Source: Takakia lepidozioides (lineage: Eukaryota > Plantae > Bryophyta). From it: a DNA stretch of 64,000 nt. The notes under the pieces were generated by a model that searched no databases, was not told the DNA's origin, and worked only from the letters and a program-made list of their open reading frames with translations. Of the stretch, positions 55,205 to 64,000 are shown piece by piece; within the stretch, counting starts at the first letter, position 1; every line of letters starts with the position of its first letter. Made by a program: the position numbers and the translations under genes. The stretch is taken from positions 47,864,001 through 47,928,000 of the forward strand of contig CM060733.1 of assembly GCA_030704615.1 (NCBI GenBank), read 5' to 3'.

Positions 55205-55430
55205 TTCCAAACATGACACATAGCATTTGTTAGTACAGAAGTTCCTATTTTGGTTAAAATGGAACTTGTGTACCTGTCATACAAGTTTTCAAATTATAGA
55301 ACTGCTTGGCATTACAAACAGACATGCAATGTGGTGGTTCCAAACATGACACATATGCATTTGTTAGTACAAAAGTCCATATTTTGGTTAATATGAAACT
55401 GTTTTCCTTGAATACAAGTTTGCAAACTAT
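55205..55430 (+). other. Repeat-spacer-repeat unit (two ~92-bp repeats flanking a transposase-derived spacer); putative ncRNA cassette
   Basis: Repeats at 55205-55297 and 55338-55430. 55296-55340 matches 1817-1861 at 44/45 nt. Function is unproven. Confidence 0.6.
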
Positions 55431-55821
55431 TACTTTGGCCAGGGATCTTGTATTCTCTTCAGTTTAAGGTGGTGCATTAGTTGGAGTTAGTGGTCACATG
55501 CATCTTTGACCATTGACTACTGATTTTGTTAGCTAAGATTTTTATTTTATTTTTTTCTATATACATATGATGTAACATTTGCATATGCAATAAATACGTC
55601 GTATTCTATGTTATATAACTCCACTGCATACAATCTACAATGTGTGCATACAAATTTGTCACATGCATATATAATAAGGGATTTTGTGCATGCATGCACG
55701 CAACCTGTGCATATGGAATAGCAACCCCCAGGTGGCTGCTGATGTGTGACGCTCATGGGATGTAATCTGGACAGCCCGTCAGGTGCTGACACATATTCTT
55801 GTTTAGCCGTTTGGCATTTAA

Positions 55822-55833
<12 letters not shown>

Positions 55834-55877
<44 letters not shown>
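55834..55877. repeat. (GA)n microsatellite
   Basis: Directly visible, preceded by (TA)n and followed by a ~55-bp direct duplication. Confidence 0.95.
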
Positions 55878-55878
<1 letters not shown>

Positions 55879-56476
55879 CCTCAAATTTTATATATATGAT
55901 GGATGTTAAAATCCGAGGAGAACATAGAGAAGAGGGACAGAGGCCTCAAATTTTATATATATGATGGATGTTAAAATCCGAGGAGAACATAGAGGAAAAA
56001 ATAACCTCTGCCATGAGTGCCATAGAGGCTGACCCAGGAAGACAATGCTTCGTGACCAAAACAAGAGTATGAAGAGAAGAGAGGTACCGAGGGGGTACCA
56101 AACTAAACTACGGAATCATCAGGAGGCACCTAAAAAACAGGAGCACTAAGAGCATGCAAGGGTGATTGCATCTGCTAGCAGCTACCACGCTTAGACTTGT
56201 AAACCACGCTTAGACTTCTGTTCAAACAGAGCTTTTGGGCCCTCTGGGTGGTTGATTTTGGGTTTCAACAATGTACTTCGAGTGTACTGGAATGTGTGGA
56301 TGAACTGTGCTTGCTAAGTGTTGGATGCTGCATATCATTGTGTCCTCTTATGAAGATTCTGTCCTCTCGGCAGGCATGCTTTGCCGAGCAAACATCCTTA
56401 TTTAGCACTAAGCCGCTAGAGGAAGGGGAATAATCCCCTGGCGCTGGAATATAGCTTCACAGTCCGCCAACATTAA

Positions 56477-57454
56477 CCCCCTAAACGACGAAGCGACCCG
56501 AATCGGGTCGGTTCGTCGCTGCATCACGCTTTCATCCAGGCATAGCTTCGCCGGATGAACTCGGATGAAGGGCCACCCTGAATGAAAAATGTAGGCCGCA
56601 ATGTCCTCTACACGCACAACTTGATTGCGTCGGGAAAAAGTTATTTTTGTGATGTCAGCGACTTTTCCCAGCATGGGGTCTGCACTTTTGGGTGGATTGG
56701 TGGGGGCCCACGCAGGTTGACTGGCGACGTGGCAGGCGCCTATGAAAAATCCGGCGGGGTCTGTAGCGGGCCATGTGGGGGTGATGAGGCACGGGGTGCA
56801 TGTTCACCCTTTCATGATGGCGGTTTGAATGATGTGGCCCTGCAAACACGAGGGGGTGCACGAACCCGGAATGCTTTGCCGGATTCAGCGGAAAATCCGG
56901 CAACCATATGCCTGAGTTGAAGTTCGCCGGAAAAAGCAGGAAATCCTCCATCTTAGCACCATTTTTACTCCAATTTGTTTGATTTTTGGCCAGTGTACTC
57001 TCAATGTAGGCATGCTCACATTGACAGTTGGCATGCCAACAATTTTGGGACCTCCAGCATCTGATTTGCAAATTACCCATTTTGAGCCCCTCCCCATCCA
57101 CATACAAAGCAACCCCCCCTTATTCTTGTCAATTTCACCTGAAATTTTGACAGGTGCTTTGGGATGTATCCAAGCAATGAAATATGGCTTTCATTCACCC
57201 AGCCCACGGGCTTGGTCAAAGGTAAATTTGAGGACCATTATTTGCATTCAGCATAAAATGCACCATCTTCATATGTTATAATATCTCAAATTCAACGGTG
57301 GAATTTGCCCATTTTTGGGGTGGTTGTGCATCTGGTAGGTGGAAAAATTTGCAACCGTTCCATCCCTCTGGATGAAAGTGGGTAGGAGAGACCCGTGTGA
57401 GGATGGGCCCAGTTTTTGTCGAAATGGTCCAAAACTGCTCTTGTCGCTTAAGGG
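56477..57454. mobile_element. Possible non-autonomous piggyBac-like element
   Basis: TTAA at 56473-56476 and 57455-57458. Termini CCCCCTAAACGACGA vs CCCTTAAGCGACAA (reverse complement). Confidence 0.45.
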
Positions 57455-57726
57455 TTAAAATAATAAATCATGTGTTAGATGGTGGATGCTCAAGTCATCA
57501 ATGCTAATGGAAGCCGAGAGACATGATTGGTCTCAGTGAGGAGTGCCAAATGGCTCTATGTCTCAATTGCGATGAGAAGGTGTATTTCTAGAGAGAGCTC
57601 CAGTCCACGGCCGGAGGAAGTGTATATTATAGTGTTGCTTGACCCCAAGCATTCGGGCGGGAAGGTGGAACCTTTGTGACATTGCAGATTGAACCCACAA
57701 CCACTTCCAAGGTGGTATGTCCCAAT

Positions 57727-58333
57727 GTTGGACTGGTATACCTGGTTGAACCTAGGTATGGAATACAGGTATGAATATATATATTGAAGAACATACCAGT
57801 CGGTTATGAAAGAACCAGTGTACCCATGTGATACACGTACTGGGGGAGTATGGCTTTAGGATTCCCCGCACACATACCATACCAGTCTGGGGGTATATGG
57901 AGGAATAGCATGGTCCTGATACCAGTATTGCTGTGAGTTCATAGCGAATGGAGGTAGGTATGAGTATATGTTAGTGCAGCTAGTTATACCCTGTACTACA
58001 ATTTGGTTAATTCAAGGCTCCATGTTGCAATTTAGACTTCATTTGCTGTTTCGTGCTACTTTGGGTTACCTTTGCCTAGTGTTTCACGGCTTGGATTAAA
58101 ATTAGCTATGTGCTAAATGACATTTATTTCTATGTATGGTGAGCTGTAGAAATACCATACCAGTGCTCATACCCCCCAGTATCACTACAGAGAAAGGGCA
58201 ATACCAATACCATACTCATATACAGCACAAAGTACAACTACTCATACCAGATTCATACCCAAGTTGCTCATACCTGTATAGATACCTATACCAGCCCAGT
58301 CTGGTATTTTAAAAATGGACATACCAGTCCAAC
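57727..58333. mobile_element. MITE-like element with ATACCAG motifs
   Basis: GTTGGACTGGTAT (57727) and ATACCAGTCCAAC (58321) are inverted. Related motifs occur at ~30080-30240. Confidence 0.5.
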
Positions 58334-58684
58334 GACATCAAAGACAATGATACCCTTGGGGTCCCACCCTTTAGTCCGGACAATATCATAATGGGAAAGA
58401 GACTTTTTTAGGCTAGCTTTCGCTGGCATCATATAAGCGTAATTTGCTTTGGCTCGAAATTCTGGCCTTGTCAGGGTCAGATTATATCCCATAATCTGTC
58501 GTCATAATCTGCCGGGTCTTCTATCATTACAGGGTGCCCTCATTGCTTGTGATCTGATGCTAGCCACTGCCCGCTTCTACCAGCACAAGTTGTCTTCAAT
58601 CGACGGCCATTGGGAGCCACGTCACTTGGGATAATCTGCCCAAGTGCCAGTGCCCAAGTGCCAGCAAGGAGCGGGAGCCCGCTT

Positions 58685-59832
58685 AGGGAATTCCAAAAAG
58701 GCCTTGATGTGAAATGCATCGCAATTCACTTGATCACCCCCCTAAAAGTGCGCAATTCAATTGAATTGCAAGGGCAATTCAATTGAACTAACCCTAATTT
58801 GCAATTCAATTGAATTGTCGGCACACGATTCAATTGAATTGCGAATGGCAATTCAATTGAATCGCTAGTTGGCAATTCAATTGAATTGCTGACTATAATT
58901 CAATTGAATTGTAATCTATAATTTTTAACTTATTTTTGTATATAATATATAATATATATGTACATGTATATATTTAAATTATATTTATACACATATAAGA
59001 GTATAAGCTAAAAATACATGTTGCCCGTCTATTCTTGATGGCCCTCTTTCTTGTGCCCTTGAGGAAATTGTGGAGTTGTGAAACCACCCTCAGCCTCAGC
59101 GAGAAAGGGAGAGCCAGAGACGGAGACAGATCAGCAGCTTCTTGTGATACACTGGCAAAAGAAACATGGCTGGCTCCGAAAAAAACAGACAAAATCAAAC
59201 CTGACAATTGATGAAAGGCTTCCCTTGCATCACCATGTAGTAGTATCTGGCCCAGGACAAAGAAAACAAAAAATATATTCATCTTGAGAATTATCAAAAA
59301 TTTCGATACCCTGACAAAGGTATCATGTTGAAGTTGGGATGTGTGTTCTATATAAGTTTAATATATCAAACTCTTACACGTTGATACTCTTACATTGGTA
59401 TCATGTTTGGTATATGTACATAGCCATATATTGGCACCAACATCCACAAAGAGAGACAATCCCGCTTTTACAAGCGCTTCGCGACTTCCCCCCTCTCTCG
59501 CTCTCCCTTAGGCTTATCTTGGGCTCAAGCCTTACCACGGGCAAAGGATTGACAGACGGACAGCAAGAATAGACGGGCAACATGTATTTTTAGCTTATAC
59601 CTGTGTATGTATATATGTATAATTTAAATATATACATATATATTATATACAGAAATAAGTTAAAAATTATAGATTACAATTCAATTGAATTGCCAACTAG
59701 CGATTCAATTGAATTGCAAATTAGGGTTAGTTCAATTGAATTGTCCTTGCAATTCAATTGAATTGCGCACTTTTAGGGGGTGATCAAGTGAATTGCGATG
59801 CATTTCACATCAAGGCCTTTTTGGAATTCCCT
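58685..59832. mobile_element. Foldback element with ~300-bp TIRs, inserted in a ~155-bp tandem repeat
   Basis: AGGGAATTCCAAAAAGGCC.. arms are inverted, contain repeated AATTCAATTGAATT palindromes, and have a degenerate TSD GCCCGCTT/ACCCACTT. Confidence 0.8.
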
Positions 59833-60275
59833 ACCCACTTCTACCAGCACAAGTTATCTTCAATCACAAGTTGTCTTCAATCGTCACTATCCTACCATGT
59901 CTATATAGATTTCCTCGCCAACACAAATTACGTACGGCAACGGCCATTGGGAGCCAGGTCACCTGGGATATTCTGCTGAAGAGCCAGCGAGCGGCAGGAG
60001 CCCGCTTCTACCAGCACAAGTTGTCTTAAATCGTCGCTATCCTACCATGTTTATATAGATTTCCTCGCCAACACAAATTATTACGTACGGCAACGGCCAT
60101 TGGGAGCCACGTCACCTGGGATATTCTCCCGAAGAGCCAGCGAGCGGCAGGAGCCCGCTTTTACCAGCACAAGTTGTCTTCAATCGTTGCTATCCTGCCA
60201 TGTCTATATAGATTTCTTCGCCAACACAAATTACGTACGGCAACGGCCATTGGGAGCCACATCACCTGTGATAAT
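59833..60275. repeat. ~155-bp tandem repeat (also 58565-58684)
   Basis: TACCAGCACAAGTT.. units at about 59841, 60008 and 60161. Confidence 0.85.
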
Positions 60276-61572
60276 CTCCGTAGAGCACTCATGGCTCCCG
60301 CCGTTCGCTGGCTCTTCGGCGGATTATCCTAGGTAACGTGGCTCCCAATGGCCGTTACCTAATATATATATGCTTTAGGGACAAAAATGTATGAGACATA
60401 CCCTCATAGCTGGGGACGCCATCCCAATACTTCCAGCAGCGAGGTTTTGCTGCAAGCAAGATCCTGACCTAATTTCCCCCTTGTTTTTGGAGATATGCCC
60501 GACGAGAGCTTCCATCCTTTTTTTGGAGGTACCGAAGTGACAAATTCGTGCTGGAACCTTAGAGCATCTCTTGCGGTGCAAGCCAAAATGCCACGCCAAA
60601 TGCACTCTACAGGCCCGTTTGACGGGGCCAATTTCCAAGATGCGGAGGAGTAGCAAAAAAACCCCTGCCGTGCAAGCCTGGTGCCTTGCCACCTTGGCCT
60701 TGTTGGCAAGTTTGGGCTCGCCTTGCTCAGCTGTAGTAGCCAGAGAGCATGGCAAAGTGGCAGATCAATGAGGGTTACCGACACGTGTAGTCAGGAAAGG
60801 ACAGGCATTCAAACGATGTAGTTAGGAAAGGGATTCAAACATATGGCGGTCTAGGTTTGAAGCCCGCCACAACCTAGCCCGCCATATAAGCCCAAATGTG
60901 GCGGGGCAAATGCCAATTCGAGCGACCTCGCCACAAATTACTTAGCGGTATTGCACCGTTGGGGTTTAGTTTGGGCCCCACCCTCACGGCGGTGCCGGCG
61001 TCTTTGCCGTGCTGCATGAGCATTATGGAGCGGTCCGGGCAGATGACATTATGCCCGGTGAGCTGCATGTGATGGCGAGCCACTTAGGGCGAGCCAAACT
61101 TTCTGCACCAGCAGAACAGTCCATCTTCCAAACTTATACCAACCTTCCAGTGGGCAGGTGTGGGCAGGTGTGGGCAGGTGTGGAAAGGGGGAACACCTTT
61201 ATGACATCCAACGTGTGATTTGAATTCTGGCCCCACAGAGCATCTCAAGTCAACCATTTGACAATTTAGCAGCGGGTGGTTTTTCAGATGTTTGAATCTT
61301 GCGTACCTGGCGGGCCATGGATTCTCAAGTGGGCAGCAGGATGGTGCTTTTGCATCACAAGTAGACCCAACCCAGGCGGTGAGCAATCGACAGTTATCGG
61401 ACCTTCCGGACCACGAACTCTTCCCTGAATTACATTTATGACAAGGTATGAAAGACGTTTCAGAGGTGCCGGCCATTGGTCTAGGGAGAGGAAGACGTCG
61501 ATGGAATGCGAGACGAGCTGCTCCTTCCCGGCTCGCTCGCTCTTAGCGGAGTGTTAGCAGTGTGCTGGCGAA

Positions 61573-64000
61573 ATGTGGGCTGAGCTTGCTTGTGTGCAGA
61601 AACAGATTGCAATGAATCATCCGAGGTTTTACGAGGTTTTAGGCATAGTTTTAGTACTAGGCGTCATGGCGGGTGTGTTGTGTGGGGCAACACCACCATC
61701 GCCTGCTGCTGCAAGCTTGCAGGAGCACAGGAACGTAAAAATGGCTGATGATCGTGTAGGCAAGAGTGGCCGGATTGCGGACGTGGAGGTGTTGTTGTCA
61801 TTCAAGATTGGCATACTTAAGGATCCAAAAGGAATGCTAACGAATTGGAGCGCAGCGGCCGGAAGAGACATTTGTCACTCATGGAACGGGGTCACCTGTG
61901 ATGCAGCACATGCACACGTGGTACAACTGAATCTTGGAGGCATGGAGCTCCAAGGCACCATCACTCCATTGCTTGGCAATCTCTCCTTCTTGCAAACTCT
62001 CAACTTGTCCTCCAATGCTTTCACAGGTTTTGTCCCTACACACTTTGGAAAATGCAGTAGACTTGTTGTTGTAGATCGACATGTTACTTCCAATTAATTC
62101 CCTGGGTTAATGTGTCTTGGTGAGCTAGGCCAAAGCCAACACATGACAACATAACTAGCAAGGCAGGAGTGAGCACATCAGTATGCTCACCGACAACATT
62201 TGTTTCTGCTCTATTCTCTGAACTAATCCATTACGAGCTACATATGCACAAGGCTTTTAGGCTTAACAAACGCTTTGAGAAAGAAATTTTTTGGGGGCTC
62301 TCTCTTTCTTAATTCATGCTATCTCTTGTCCCATAAATGATCTCCTCGGAAGTTTTGAAGTATCATATTTCATGTCCTGTTAATTCCCGTGAAGCTGAGA
62401 ACCTTACAAAGCCTGACAGTTTTGTACTTGCTATACAACAATCTCGCAGGTGTGATTCCTACTAGTTTGGGAGATTGCTCATCTTTGGTGGAGCTGGACT
62501 TGAGCAACAATCAGCTGGGTGGGCACATACCAAGGGAGTTAGGGGGGTTGCAAAAACTAGCGATCCTTTACCTTTTCAGCAACACACTCATAGGCACCAT
62601 TCCTACTACTTTGGGAAATTGCTTATCTTTGGTGCAGCTAGACTTGGACTCCAATCAACTCACTGGAGACATACCGATTGAGCTAGGGAGGTTGGAAAAC
62701 CTAACGCAACTTTTCCTTTGGAACAACAGCGTCACAGGCACCATTCCTGCTAGTTTGGGAAATTGTTCATCTTTAGTGGATTTGGTGTTGACCAACAACC
62801 AGCTGAGTGGGAACATACCCGTGGAGCTAGGGATGTTGCAGAATCTAACTTTCCTTTATCTTTTCAGCAACAATCTCACAGGCACCATTCCTGCAAGTTT
62901 GGGAAACTGCTCATCTTTGGTGGCGGTGGAGTTTTCCGACAATCAGCTTAGTGGGAACATACCCATGGAGCTAGGGGGGTTGCGAAACCTAACTTTTCTG
63001 TATCTTTGGAACAACATGCTTACAGGCACTATTCCATCTAGTTTGGGAAATTGCTCATCTTTGGTGTACCTTGACTTGTACTCAAATCAGCTGAGCGGGA
63101 GCATACCGATGGAGCTAGGGCGGTTGCAAAACCTAGCATACCTTCTCCTGTGGAACAACAGCCTCACAGGTACCATTCCTGCTAGTTTGGGAGATTGCTC
63201 ATCTTTGGTGGTGTTGGACTTGGACTCCAATGAGTTAAGTGGGAACATACCGGTGGAGCTAGGGCAGTTGCGAAGTCTAAGGGTCCTTTACCTCTGGAAT
63301 AACAGGCTCACAGGCACCATTCCGGCTAGTTTGGGAGACTGCTCATCTTTGGTGGAGCTGAAGTTGAACAACAATCAGCTTAGTGGGAACATACCAACGG
63401 AGTTAGGGCAGCTGGAAAACCTTAAGATCCTTTACCTTTGGAAGAATGGACTCACAGGCACAATTCCTACTAGTGTGGGAGATTGCTCATCTTTGGTGGA
63501 ACTAGAATTGTACTCCAATCGATTGACGGGGAGCATACCGATAGATCTAGGTCGGTTGCAAAATCTAGAATATCTTTTCCTGTGGAACAACAGTCTGACT
63601 GGCATCATTCCTACTGGTTTGGGAGGTTGCTCATCGTTGATAGAGTTGGACTTGAGTCTAAATCCGCTGAGTGGAAATGTACCGATGGAGCTAGGGATGT
63701 TGCAAAACCTAACTGCCCTTTACCTTGGGAACAACAGCCTCACAGGCACCATTCCTACTAGTTTGGGAGATTGCTCATCTTTGTTGCAGCTGGGGTTGTA
63801 CTCCAATCAGCTGAGGGGGGGCATACCAATGGAGCTAGGGAGGTTGAAAAACCTAAAATACCTTTACCTTTTTAACAACAACCTTACAGGCACCATTCCT
63901 GTTGATTTAGGAGATTGCTCATTTTTGGTGGAGCTCGACTTGAGCTACAATCAGCTAAGTGGGAACATACCGATTGAGCTAGGGCAGTTGCAAAACCTAA
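61573..64000 (+). CDS. LRR receptor-like kinase/protein, N-terminal part (runs off window; interrupted at ~62075-62380)
   Basis: Signal-peptide-like segment and LRRNT (DVEVLLSFK..DP..L.NW..CHSWNGVTC). An open frame of 24-aa plant LRRs (LxxLxLxxNxLtGxIP) runs from ~62383 to the window end. Confidence 0.88.

Larger units (their letters stand above)
43932..55729. mobile_element. Intact 11.8-kb Mutator-like DNA transposon carrying a transposase and a ParB-methyltransferase cargo gene
   Basis: Identical 8-bp flanks AGGTGGCT at 43924-43931 and 55730-55737. Imperfect TIRs GGAGGTAGCCTATACTATATGCGCA vs GGGGGTTGC-TATTCCATATGCACA (reverse complement of the right end; ~19/25). Two divergent genes lie inside. 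Confidence 0.85.

Noticed and set aside
55205-55430. Calling this a true CRISPR array
   Set aside because: Only two long (~92 bp) repeats, no cas genes and a eukaryotic context. Reported as CRISPR-like only.
58183-58195. CACTACAGAGAAA as partner of the CACTA end at 30078
   Set aside because: Wrong orientation and order, and it lies inside another MITE-like repeat.
62475-63761. Short listed ORFs (MLIFGG..)
   Set aside because: Off-frame shadows of the true LRR frame, which the track omits because it is open to the window end.

Overview
Eukaryotic land-plant (probably bryophyte-like; inferred) nuclear DNA. The host genes are a FAD-dependent monooxygenase (-), an ELF4-like gene (+), a P-type PPR gene (+) and an LRR receptor-like gene running off the right edge (+). 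They flank a dense nested transposon cluster: a chromodomain Ty3/Gypsy element inside an L1-like LINE, Mutator relics, a CACTA end and foldback/MITE elements. The standout is an apparently intact 11.8-kb Mutator-like DNA transposon (43932-55729) with an 8-bp TSD (AGGTGGCT) and short imperfect TIRs. It carries (i) an uninterrupted 1180-aa GCM-like/DDE/SWIM transposase; (ii) a divergently oriented, frame-consistent 10-exon cargo gene (~1099 aa) fusing a ParB/Srx-like domain to a bacterial-type beta-class N4C/N6A DNA methyltransferase domain; (iii) an intronic array of CG-rich palindromes; and (iv) just after the transposase stop, a repeat-spacer-repeat unit whose spacer matches 44/45 nt of the transposase gene of a different, decayed family member at 1817-1861. 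Together these suggest, as a hypothesis only, a transposon-borne and possibly RNA-guided epigenetic or TE-competition system. All coordinates and alignments were done by eye.
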